Part shown: positions 48,959-61,135 of the stretch, piece by piece | Layout: each line of letters opens with the position of its first letter | How positions within the stretch are numbered: the first letter of the stretch is position 1 | From: Chiloscyllium plagiosum | Taxonomy: Eukaryota | NCBI RefSeq assembly: GCF_004010195.1 | Contig: NC_057743.1 | Coordinates: 22,945,872-23,009,871 of the forward strand | DNA length: 64,000 bases | Reading direction: 5' to 3' | Program-made: the position numbers and the translations under genes | Notes under the pieces: model-generated | The model's database searches: none | Seen by the model: the letters and a program-made list of their open reading frames with translations, nothing else | Told to the model about the DNA's origin: nothing

Positions 48959-50849
48959 CTAACCAGTCTCCCATGGGGAACCTTGTCAAATGCTTTACTA
49001 AAGTCCATATAGATCACATCTACCGCACTGCCCTCATCAATCCGCTTTGTTACTTCAAAAAACTCAATCAAGTTTGTGGGACATGATTTCCCATGCACAA
49101 AGCCATGTTGACTGTCCCTAATCAGTCCTTGCATTTCCAAATACATCCTCAGGATTCCCTCCAACAACTTGCCCACCACCAATGTCAGGCTCACTGATCT
49201 ATAGTTCCTTGGCTTGTCCTTACCACCCTTCTTAAACAGTGGCACCACGTTAGCCGACCTCCAGTCTTCTGGCACGTCACCTGTGATTATCAATGATACA
49301 AATATCTCAGCAAGGGACCCAGCAATCACTTCTCTAGCCTCCCACAGAGTTCTAGGGTACATCTGATCAGGTCCTGGGGATTTATCCTCCTCTGTAATAT
49401 GGACATTTCACAAAGTGTCGCCATCTATTTCCCTACTTTCTATGTCTTCCATATCCTTTTCCACAGTAAATACTGATGCAAACTACTCATTTAGTATCTC
49501 CCCCATTTTCTGCAGCTCCACACAAAGGCCTTAGGTAAGGAGGCCAAAATTTGGCACAGTACCCAGATATTACCTTACCAATAGCAAAGCGTCTTTACTC
49601 ACACACTCCATCCTTTTGGAATGGAAACGAATATATAATTTATTTTCCTAACTGCTTGCTGTACCTGCATATTAACATTTTGTTATGCCCAAGGCCCACC
49701 TAATAGTAAAACTCTCCTGTCTCACCGTTTAACAAATATTCCGATTTTCTGTTTTTCCTTCCAAAATGGATCAATGAGATAAATGACCAACCTATCTATG
49801 ATGCTGGTTGAGGGATAAATATCAGACAACATTGGGGAAAATTATATTGCTCTGCTTTTATTACAATACTACTATGGGATTTGTTTTACATCCATCTGTG
49901 AGGGGACAGAGGTTGGCATTGCATGTGAAAAATAGAGCCTCCAACAGTGCAGTATTCCCTTAGCACAATGAAAATATCCACCCAGATTATGGGTTGGTCT
50001 GTGGTGCGAGACTGAATCCGTGACCTTCTGACTCAAGATGAGAGAGCTACCACTGAGACACAGCTGACGCATCAAAGTCAAAATAGTTTTGGCTTTGTTC
50101 TTCACTATTAGTATATTTTCCTGGCACCTGATATTGTTCATATTTTAGAAGGTATGGTGCATTAGTTACAAAATCTATCCCTAACTGATTTGATGTAAGC
50201 AGGTGACAGTGGTGTCCTAGGTTGGTATTTGGGGGATTTTCAAGCCCAGCATAAATACTTCATTATTACGATTTTGATAAATGTCCAGAGTGTTGGTTGT
50301 TGGTCTAAGGAGGTGATCTTGTGCAGCTGGTCAGACATCCGATAAAGACCAACTATGTGTGACAAGTGCCAGAAACCACAACAAACAGTAGAACATTACA
50401 ACTATTGCATTCCAATCAGCGTTGACATATAGTCATTTTTCCTTTCTCTCCCCAGCCAGCAGTGTTACCACATCCTAAATAACAAATGCTGAAGCAGAAG
50501 TTTCATTTGGCAGCATCGATGTATGTCGATTTAAAGTTATTTTAGCTAATGCAAAATCAATTTTTTTTCGTTCTGTGGGTAATGACGATTCTGGGACGCT
50601 TTCATTTGTAGAAATAAAAGATTGCCGGATCAGAGGTCGACTGACTGTCAAGTATGTGCGTTATTAATATTAAGATAATCTCATGACACTAAGCAGCTGA
50701 TCCTCACCCGTCCTAAATGTCAATGGTCAGTTCCGCAGTGATCGGATTTGCCATCTGCTTCGATTGTGGGGTTTGGGCAAGAAAGAGAGACGTGTTGGAG
50801 GGATGAAATGGAACAGAACAACATCTGCATCCTGCGGGTTTCTTCATCA

Positions 50850-50900
50850 GCCCGGGACACGTGGGTCCGGGTCACATGATGCCAGGTCACATGATTCGCC
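50850..50900 (+). promoter_or_regulatory. AGTRAP: AGTRAP promoter E-box cluster
   Basis: CACGTG at 50858-50863; GGTCACATGAT at 50870-50880 and 50885-50895; CpG-rich. Confidence 0.7.
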
Positions 50901-50931
50901 TTGAAGTTTGTTACTTCGTGAAGTTTCAGCC

Positions 50932-50958
50932 ATGGCGCTACCGGTGGTCAGTCTGAAG
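50932..50958 (+). CDS. AGTRAP: AGTRAP coding exon 1 (MALPVVSLK)
   Basis: Strong Kozak gccATGG, 27 nt, donor AAG|gtaaag; human reads MELPAVNLK. Confidence 0.92.
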
Positions 50959-51400
50959 GTAAAGTTTGTAGAATGAAAGGGGGAGCTTCAAGAATTCGAA
51001 CTACCCGCTGAGAACATGGTTGTCGATCGGGATCTTAAAGAAACCGTCTAGCTTCAGGAGAAACCCGAAGTTTAAATTATTGGTCTTATGCGGGGCTGAG
51101 CATAAATTTTGTCTCCTCTTCCTCTTCTCCCACTGCCCCTTTCCCTTCCGCCAGTCTTTCCCCCAGCCACTGCCCCCTTCACTTCTTGTGAGCTGCAGGC
51201 TGACATCTATTTGACGGGCTCTCGGAGGTGGTTTCGTCAAATGACAGAAAATTTGATTCTGTTTCAGACAGTAATGTTGGCTGTTCTATGATTGTCTAGG
51301 AATGATGTTTTTGAAGATTGATACACCCTAGTCCAGTCTGTCTCTAGAATTGTAGTGTTTGTTTAATTATTTGGATTGACCTGGGTTCATGTTCCAACAG

Positions 51401-51435
51401 ATGATCATCGTTGTGCACTGGCTCCTGACAACCTG
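51401..51435 (+). CDS. AGTRAP: AGTRAP coding exon 2 (MIIVVHWLLTTW)
   Basis: 35 nt, cag| acceptor and TG|gtgagt donor; conserved HWLLTTW. Confidence 0.94.
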
Positions 51436-53289
51436 GTGAGTGATGGATTAGCTAACATGCATCTGTTAATTGAATTTGTATTCCCGACCGTGTGGGTGAA
51501 AACAAATTGATTTTTCTTCGCCCTTTTTATTGTAGAAGAAACATTGTATTGTGCTCGAGAATTAATTGTCTCAATGGCAATTTACTTCCAAAGGAAAATA
51601 CAGACTAAAGCATTGGCCAAAGAGGTGAAGTTTAAGATCTTGAAGGGACAGTAAAGATTCTAGAGCACAAAACTCAGAAGAACAAAATTCAGTCATTGAC
51701 AGAGGGTGACAATATGTAAATTATGGTCCAGAAAATGTTCCAGAAATAAGCCAACAGCTAATAGTCATTGGAGCACATAAGGGAGCTGAATAAGAAGGGA
51801 ACAGAGCTTACTGGAGTTTGTACTGAACAATAAAATGCAGATGAAAAGTTGCAGAAGACTGACTCTTGCTTCAGTAATTGGATGACCAAAGTATAACAAT
51901 GGGGTCGGATGTGAAGGAGAATGCATGACTGGCTAGTATTGTGAAACAACAGTGTTTGGAAGGAATGGGTGGAAATTGTAGGGACAGAAGAAAGGTGGAA
52001 AGTGGTGAGATGAAACATGATAATGAGAATTTTTATTGGTGGCTTGGAATCTAATGTAGTTTACTGTGGACAGGAGTGTTAGGAGGAAATTGAAACATGA
52101 TAGGGGCATGAGTTTTGAGTAACCTGCAATTTATAAGGATGGGAGACTGGTCAGAAGAGTATTGGAACACGTGATTTTGGAAGTGACAATCATAGATGAA
52201 TACTTTTGGTAACAGATGTTTTAAAGGAGGAGCAGGTATTGAAAATACTATGGATGAGTAAATTTTGGAGAGGAAGCTTAGCTTCAGGTTGACTACAGTT
52301 CATTTGCAGGAATGTAAATACCACTCTTTTATTTTTCAAATGTAGTACTTGGGTAATTTAAACACTTTATACCCAAAACTCCATTTTGCAAATGCAGCGA
52401 TGAGGCCATTTGCCTAAGCAAATCACACCTAATTAATACAAGTTTTTCATTTTAATATTTTCTGTCCTGCTAACTTCCCTTACCTGGGGCACAAAACAAA
52501 ATTAATTGTACCAGCTGAGCTATGATCTATTGTCTCAGTTCTCGAAGCTGAAGCTGGTTAAGACTGAATGTTCGTTTTATTGCGTCTCTGGTTTTTTAGT
52601 AGTAAATTTGAAACAACAAAATTAGAGTTTATAGTGGTGATGAAAATTGTGTTTTGAATGGAATAATGTTATGAATGTCAGAGGATTCTGGGACATTCCA
52701 AGCTAACTGGAGCTGTTTGCTTCTGTATCTAAATCATTTGGCACTTCAGTTCAATTTATAAAAATATTTTGCTGTCACACCTAGAAGGTACTTCAACATT
52801 TTTTTAAAAAGTGGGTACGAGAGGAGAGAGTGCAAACAAAATGCTAACCCGTTAGCTGCCTTCGCCTAATCTCCTATTTTGTAATGCTGTTGAAATTTCA
52901 CAAGTTCCTGTGATATTGGGACAGACTGGATGAAGCAGAAAATAGTTTATGCATTTCTACAGGGGGAGTGGAAGCAGAAAATCATAAGAACATTGCAGCC
53001 CAGAAATACCTTATCTAGCGCATGTCATAGTTTGACCCCACTTCCTGCTCATACTCAAATGCTCCAATATTTTTCATCCTCAAAGATGTTTTTATTCCCT
53101 TTTTAAAAGTTTTATGGAATCTGTTTCAAAATTCATTTGTATTTCTTCTATACAAACATCTATTTCTACTCTCCCTTTTTAATTGTTCTATTAATAAACT
53201 AAAGTATCTTAAATCTACATCCGCTTGTTATAAATTGCTGTGAAGGCTATCCTGCTTATTTGCTCTGTCACAGTTACACTAATTTGACT

Positions 53290-53807
53290 TAGAGTCATAG
53301 AGGTGTACGGCACGGAAACAGACCCTTCGGTCCAACTCATCCATGCCGACCAGATATCCCAATCTAATTTAGTCCCATTTGCGAGCACCTGGCCCATATC
53401 CTACAAATCCTTCCTATTCATATACCCATCCAGATGCCTTTTAAATGTTGTAGTTGTACCACCCTCCACCACTTGTTTTGGCAGCTCATTCCATACACAT
53501 ACCACCCTCTGCATGAAAAAGTTGCCCCTTAGGTCTCTTTTACATATTTTCCCCTCTTGCCCTAAACCTATGCCCTCTAGTTCTGGACTCTCCCACCCCA
53601 GGGAAAAGACCTTGTCTATTTATCCTATCCATGCCCCTGATGATTTTGTAAACCTCTATATAAGGTCGCCACTCAGCCTCCGATGCTCCAGGGAAAACAG
53701 CCCCAGCCTATTCAACCTCTCTGTATAGTTCAAATCCTCCAACCCTGGCAACATGCTTGTAAATTTCCTCTGAACCATTTCATGTTACACAACATCCTTC
53801 CTATAGA
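53290..53807 (-). mobile_element. CR1 LINE 3' end
   Basis: Reverse complement of the same CR1 C-terminus and tail. Confidence 0.9.
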
Positions 53808-56800
53808 CTTCTCTGTTTTTTTTGTATTCTTTCTGAAATTAAGTTCCCAAAGTTGTACGTGATACTTCAATCATCCTTTATTCCCCAGAAGACTTTACTA
53901 TTTAATGCATGTTTCCTTTCTGTGTTTCCACTGATCTATGTGCTGATCTTGTTTTCACAATCCATCAGCTTTCCCACCTTCTTTCTTGTATTTTAGTTGA
54001 ATCAGAAAACTTCAGGTACTGCCTCTTCAAGTCCACATTTTGAGGTACAGTAAACAAGGACAATCTAAATCTAGATACATGGGCAATACTATTCTCTATT
54101 CCCAGTTTATCTGTCCTTTCACTCCTTCCACTTTCTCCTTAACTTAATCCCTCATCTCTGTCTTCTCTCTTTCATGATATATTAAGTGATTTTGAAGATT
54201 GGTAACCACAGCATTTCCTTTATTAATCCTTTTGATTTCTTCAAGTTCTTTAAGTCTGACCTAATATGAACTCGGTACTGTCTGTCTGTTGTTTGGGCAC
54301 TGGTTAGTTCTTTGTTTCCAAATTGCAGTGTTATCTTTCCCTAATGCCAATTCTAGGACTCTCAAAACATCTGAATTCTATGTAAATAACCTGTAATGTT
54401 CTGGTTTGTCCCAGCCTCCTCTTTGGAAGAGTCACGTTTGCTGAACTTAATAGCAATCTTGTTGTGAAGAATGGTTTAAATTGAATTTGTATTTCACAAA
54501 GTAAAATGATTGTTTGTACATCATAGCCTTTTTAAAAAATTTTCCCATCATGACTGGCAATGAGTTGGAAATGGGAGAAAATAATTAAGAGCCAAATAAC
54601 CCAACCTCATTCCCAGTGCTGTAATATTTCTTATAGCGATTTGAGACTCTGGACAAGGTTGTCACTAAACTAAAGCAGGGCCTAATGGATATGTAAAAAA
54701 TCACAGCCTGTTAATGTAATTAGTGCCAGAACTTAACTTTAATCCTCACCAACCTCCTTTTTCATTGGGCAGATTCTCTGGCTTCTGTTTGGTAAGGATC
54801 TGCACGAAATTTTCTTGTTTCCCAGGCTTTGACATGTTCTTGAAACTTGAAAAGGCAAGCAAGCCAGCATAATAATCGAGAACCAGATTATTACCTGAGT
54901 TTACGCTGTTCAGAGGTTGCTGGTGAATTTGAGTTTTGGTGGGTGAGTTGGAAAAGGGAGAGGTTGGTGTTATGTTGAAATAACTTCTGATCTCAAATGC
55001 AAATCAATGTGACCAAGTAATAAAAATTGAATAAACTTTTCCTGGAGGCTTGTGATTGTTAATCTATACTTGTATGTTTTTGCAAAAATATACTTAATGA
55101 ATAAAAATCTAAAAGTACATTCCAAAGCATTTCAAATTGGATATTGTGGAAAATGTAGTAGTTAACGATTTCTCCAATGAACAAGTAGACTTGGGTGCCT
55201 CAACATAAATGCTGTATATATCTATGAATGCACATCGTAATGTTGCAGTCATACAACTGGAGGAGGTTTATAAATTACCAGTCTACTACAGGCCTTTAGT
55301 GCCCTTTCCCCACTGCACCTTTGTGGTTTCTACTTCCAATATTTGGTGCATCCCTTAGTATGTAGTCATGGACCTTGAAATATGCCAGTATGCAATATTT
55401 GGCCGAGGCAGTTCTGTTCACTGAAAGACCAGCAAGCTTTTGTACTACTTAGTTGCTCCTGTTGTGGTCAGGTTAGAGTAAGTTATAAGAATGAAATACT
55501 GAGGTATAAAAACATGGGGCACACATTAAATTGTTGCTAATTTAATGAGCAGCATTGGTACAGGGCATATCAATCAGTGGCCAGGGTAAGGTGGCTGTTG
55601 ATGTGGTCAGGGCCACGCTTTTAGCACCCTAACCTTCGATAGTCTCTGGTGAATTGTGGGAACTGAATGAGGGAGATGCTGGTGTTGAGATATTAAGTTT
55701 GTCGATGTGGGTTTGGTAGTCACTGTAATAAGGTCAGCCAGGTGGATCTTGTAGAATGAGATGCCTGATTGGGGCGGTTAGCCTGGTCCAATCAGGGAAT
55801 TGTGGCTGACAGATGGAAACAGGTGTATCAGAGGTTCTGCTCAATGAGGGCAGGCTATAAGGAAGCAGACTAGTGTCAAGTGCTATGCATATGTATGTAA
55901 ATAAAGGGTGAGTTGCTGATGAGTTAATTCTTTGGCGACAGGAAAGAAAGATACGTTCCTGAAGGAATTCACTTGCAACACTCCTCTTTGAGTTGAGGTA
56001 AGCATTTCTGGCATCATGCCATTATTTGGGAAGCTTGACTCATTCGATCCTGCCATCAAAGACTGGGTCCAGTATGTGGATAGAATGCATCTTATTATTT
56101 TTGGCAGATGAAAAGCAATGAGTCATTCTCCTGACAGCTTTTGGACCCACAGCTTTTTCAGTTATTAGGAGCCTAACTTTCCCTGAGGCACCAGATACTA
56201 AAACCTTTCAAGAGTTGACAGATTTAATTAAGGAATGTTACGACCTCAAACCACCGCTCAGTCTGTGACACTCAGTTTTAAAGAATTTAAGAACCAGCGG
56301 AATCCGTATGGGGAGTTTTGACACAGTTATGACTGGCAGAGGAGTGTGACTTTGGTTTAACCCTTAATGAGATACTGAGAAACCATTTGGTATGTGAGGT
56401 TAATGATGTAACCATGCAAAAATGCCTAGTAGGTGAAGCACAAACAGACACTATAACTGGCTTTCTTATTAGCAAATGTGGCAAGTGCAGTATGTGCTTA
56501 AAGGGTATGCCAATGGATATGGACACCCTTGCCAGGATGACTGAGCTTGGGAGACACCACTTGAGTTAAGGCAATTGCATAACCTCACTCAGGACATGTC
56601 CTGAACAGAGGGACTCTAGGTAAGCCCACAGCAAAATCCCAAAACAAAGCCAAGCCTCATCCAAATAGTTAACATTGTTTTTCAGCATCTGCCAGCAAGC
56701 CATTGCAGCTACTGCTGGTGTGGGGACTGAAGACAGCAAAAGAGTCCCACTGGGCCTGAATTGAGAAGGAGAACCCAGAGGCTAATATCCAGGAGGGAGC

Positions 56801-56889
56801 ACAGCCTGGAGTCCACCAACATTTGGCTTGGAACAGTTAACTTGGTTAGCAATGTCCAAATCCAAACCAATCAAAATAAATGCTTGGTT

Positions 56890-57172
56890 TGCACGGTGGC
56901 TCAGTGGTTAGCACTGCTGCCTCACAGTACCAGGAACCCGGGTTCAATTTCCACCTTGGGCAACTATCTGTGTGGAGTTTGCACATTCTCCCTGTGTCTG
57001 CGTGGGTTTCCTCCCACAGGTGCAGGTTAGGTGAATTGGCCATGCTAAATTGCCCGTAGTGTTAGGTGTATTAGTCGGGGTAAATATAGGGGGATGGGTT
57101 TCTCTTCGGAGGGTCGGTTTGGACTTGTTGGGCCGAAGGGCCTGTTTCCACACTGTAGGGAATCTAATCTAA
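56890..57172 (+). mobile_element. HE1-type V-SINE in Gypsy
   Basis: Head, core and tail; splits the protease region at NAW|LNGHLV. Confidence 0.88.
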
Positions 57173-57549
57173 ATGGTCACCTGGTTCTTATGGAAGTTGA
57201 TACCGGTGCAGCTGTATCAGTGATTGCAAAACTAACCTTTAACGAAAGTTGCTCTGGATCCAAGTTTGTACAAGACCTCGGCTAGACTGAGAACCTATGC
57301 CAAGGACCCCTTACAGATTAAGTGTAGAACTTCAGTTTCAGTCTCTTATGAGAAGCACTTGGTTCAGTTACCACTGTCTGTAGGCAAAGGCTTAGGCCTA
57401 AGCTTAATGGGGTGAAATTAGGTGAGAAAGATTCACCTAGATTGGCTCAACACTTTGCGATTTAAAAAAAAAATGGCTGCCTGAATGAAGTCCTAATTAA
57501 ATACCCTGAAGGTTTTCAGGAGGTCCAGGGATTATTGAAAGAGCCAAAG

Positions 57550-57768
57550 TTAAAAATCACACAACACCAGGTTATAGTCCAACAGGTTTATTTGGAAGCA
57601 CTTGCTTTCGGAGCGCTGCTCCTTCATCACAACCACCTGATGAAGGAGCAGTGCTCCGAAAGCAAGTGCTTCCAAATAAACCTGTTGGAGTATAATCTGA
57701 TGATGTTGTGATTTTTTTTTTTAAACTTTGTACACTCCAGTCCAACACCGTTGTCTCCAAACCAAAAT
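57550..57768. mobile_element. Penelope-terminus palindrome with hammerhead-like core, in Gypsy pol
   Basis: Arms 57551-57629 / 57638-57724; cac-CTGATGA-a-ggagc-agt-gctcc-GAAAGCAA-gtg; flanked by agccaa(a/g)g. Confidence 0.8.
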
Positions 57769-59304
57769 AGCCAAGGTGAGCTTGCATGTAAACCAGAAAG
57801 CAATTCCATGATTCTGCAAGGCCTGCCCAGTGTCATTTGTCTTGTGTGCAGCAGTAGAGACAGAGGTCAGGAGGTTGTAAAGCAAAGGGATAATCAAACC
57901 AGTACAGTTTGTGGAATGGACCACACCAGTCCATGCCAATTGTGAGGCTAGATAGATTGGTTTGCCTTTGGAGGGGATTTTAAACAAACAGTAAACCACT
58001 TCTCGCAGCTGGATAAATACTCAGTCCCTCACATAGAGGACATATATGCAAAGCTGGCAGGGAGGCTGTCTTTCACAAAGCTGGATATGAGCCCTGTGTA
58101 CTCGCAATTATGGTTAGATGAGGATTCCCAGAAGTATATTGCAATAGATACCCGTAAAGGTTTGGGCCAACAATCAAGACTGCCATTTGGGGTATCATCA
58201 GCCTATGCCACTTTTTCAGCAGATGATGGAGAACATTTTACAAGGTCTATCCCAGGTCGCCTTTTATCTGGATGACATGCTAATAATGAGGAAGACCAAT
58301 AAAGAGCACTGAGAGAACTTGGACATAGTCCTTAGACGTTTCTCTAAGGAGGGCATATGCCTTTAGAAGGGAAAAATGTGTGTTTGAGGCACCCTAAATG
58401 GACAACTTGGGCTACAAAATTGATAAGACTGAGTTACACCTGTTCAGAAAATCAAAGCTGCCCTGCCTCCCACATCTGTACTGGAGCATAGTTTTCCCTT
58501 GGGTTGGTAAATTATTACTGAAAGTCCATTTCTAACCTGGCTTCTATCCTCGTACCCTTACACCTGCTATTTAAAAAGGATCAGCCTTGGAAAGGGTTTC
58601 ATAGCCTTTAGGGAACTGAAGAAACAGCTATCATGGTTTAAGACGTTGGTACCTTATAATCCCAAGTGAGATCTGGTGCCCATGTGGAATGCCCCTCTTT
58701 ACAGTATTGGGGTAATGTTGGTTTCACAGATGGCCCAGTGGAGAGGAATGCCCAACCGGGTATGCTTCCTAGACTTTCACTGATGTAGAGCGCAAGTATG
58801 CCCAAACAGAGATGGAAGTTTAGTGGTCATGTTTAGTGTACATTTATGAACATTAAAGTTGTAATGGTAACAGTTCACTGACTCTGCTAGGGCTACACAA
58901 AGAGGGCAAGACTGTGCACCCATGGCTTCAGGTCGAATTCAGTGGTGGGCACTCATTCGAAGTGCGTACAATTACAAGTTGGACCACCAGCCAGGAGGCT
59001 AAGTGGCAAATGTGGATGCCTTAACCTGCCTGTTGCTGGCAGATAAACCACCATGGTGGTGCCACCACTGTAGAGTCTGTTCTAGTTTTAGACTTCCTGG
59101 ATAAACTTCTGGTCACGACTGACAATATCAGACTGCAGGGACACAAAATCCTGTCCTGGCAAAACTAAAACAGCTAGTGGTGATGCGGGAAACAAAAAGA
59201 CCATCTCAAGCAGAATTGAAACCTTTCTGGACTTGGTGAGACCAGATCACTGTAGAAAATGACATTTTATCAAAACGGTTGAACGTGCGTAGAATTCTGG
59301 AAAT

Positions 59305-59622
59305 CCATAGAATCCCGACAGTGTGGAAACATGCCATTCGGCCCAACATGTCCACAACGATCCTCAGAGCATCCTACTCTGACCCCTCCCACTATCCTTT
59401 TCCCTGTAACCCTATATTTCCACTGGCTTACACATCTCTGAACGCTTACTGGCAATTTACCATGGCCAATCCACCTAACTTACACATCTTTGGACTGTGG
59501 GAGGAAACTGGAGCACCCAGCAAAAACCCACACAGACACAGGGAGAATGTGCAAACTCCACACAGATGGTTGGCCGAGGGTGGAATCGAACCCAGGTTCC
59601 TGGTACTGTGAGGCAGCAGTGC
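59305..59622 (-). mobile_element. HE1-related V-SINE variant with a different 3' tail
   Basis: Same V core, but the tail reads gggattctatg rather than (taatc)n. Confidence 0.8.
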
Positions 59623-60673
59623 AGCCCACCCTTGGATCATATGTGAAACACAGTGACAAGGATAGAAAAGCTGCAAGCATGTTTTACAATATACAGGCTC
59701 CTGGAAATATTGGTCACAGATAATGGACCATCATAGACCAGCAGAGAATTCGGGTATTTCCTAAACGTTGAATGGCATTCAGCATATAAGAACAGGTCCA
59801 TATCTCCATTGTCCAGTGGTCTGGCAGAAAGAGTAGTCCAAACCTTTGAAGGTAGGCTTAAAGAAACAGCCTACGGCTTCACTAAGTTCCAAACTGTCCC
59901 TGTTCCTATTTGATTATATGACCACCCCTCATGCAACTAAGGGATAGCTCCAGCAGAGTTGCCAATGGGGGGAACTCCGTATAAGGTTAAATTTCATCTT
60001 CCTAGACCTGAGGGCGACGGTGAAACAGCATCAAGAACACCTACAGGATACAAGACTCCTCCTAAGGTGGAGAGACGGTTTACTTCAGGGGATGAAGTTT
60101 TGGTGCCAAAACCACAAAGGATCCTGCATAGGTAAGAAGTATGGTTGATGTGAATCAGGTCCTGTGATGACCAAGGTTTAGATAGGTGAAGTGGACTTGA
60201 ACAAGCACGTGGACCACATGAAAGCTGCAAATTCTGAAATGGGTCAGAAGCAAAACAGACCTGGTCCCTCAATATCCGGAAAGGCTGTCGGAACCCATGG
60301 ATTCACCCCCTCCATCTAGCACTGAAGAATTTTGGAGGCTGAGATGAGCAAGGTAGATGTCACAGCCTTGAGCCTTTACCTCCTGGAGAAGCGATTGAAT
60401 TTCTTCCAAGACTCTCCAAGCACAAGAGGTGGGCTACGGTCCAGTACTCTCTGGCCCTATTAGAGGCGGAGACTGAAGACCTGGACCTGGTGCAAACATG
60501 CCCCAGGAGAGACTACAAGAAAAAGAATAGGCATATGTCCCTAGACCTGGAATGGGGCAGGATGTCGTGATTGTAACAGTCAATGAGGTGGACCTCGTAG
60601 AATGAGTTACCTGATTGGGGCTATTAACCTGGTCCAATCAAGGATTCCTGGTTGACAGATAAACAGAAGTGTC

Positions 60674-60906
60674 TAACAGTACTGTCTAATGTACAACTGT
60701 CTTTGCTGTTGTCTCTTTATATCTTTGTGAAACTGGGATTTGAGGTTTGTCCTCATGTCCCTGTAAACTGTTTGTTTGAATGGTAGGGTTTGGGGCCTGG
60801 CTTTGCTGCTCCTCTCCCTTGTAAAATTGCTGTCTCTTGTATGCAGCTGTAAATGTAACTGTTTGTTGTAAATTGTTTTTGTAATTTGTTTAATAAAATA
60901 TAAAAA
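60674..60906 (+). mobile_element. L1/Tx1-type 3' UTR fragment (GT-rich, AATAAA, A tail)
   Basis: Lies between TSD copies aaacagaagtgtc. Confidence 0.65.
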
Positions 60907-60919
60907 AAACAGAAGTGTC

Positions 60920-61135
60920 GATTTGATCACACAGCATTGCCTTTTATGAAGGGCACTGCTTGTCACAGGCCACTCTGGTGTTTTCATTTCTTCCTGGTGG
61001 TGGAAATTGAATAAAGATTCATGTGCCTTGTGTCTCTCACTGTGTCTCCCACCTGCGCGCACACAACATGGGTGCTGGGGAAAAAAATAAGCACTACCGC
61101 AGTTAGGCGGTAGTGTGGGGCTTTTTTTAAAAAAA
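60920..61135 (+). mobile_element. Second L1/Tx1-type 3' fragment with terminal hairpin and A tail
   Basis: cactaccgc-agttag-gcggtagtg stem, then T7A7, then the third TSD copy. Confidence 0.65.

Larger units (their letters stand above)
47371..49530 (-). mobile_element. CR1 LINE ORF2 with two nested insertions
   Basis: NYRSVSLT, QHGFVHGKSC, YMDFSKAFDKVPH, LVRPLLEYCVQFW. Confidence 0.92.

Noticed and set aside
61091-61130. Bacterial rho-independent terminator or contamination
   Set aside because: It lies inside a TSD-bounded vertebrate retroelement insert, with no prokaryotic genes nearby.
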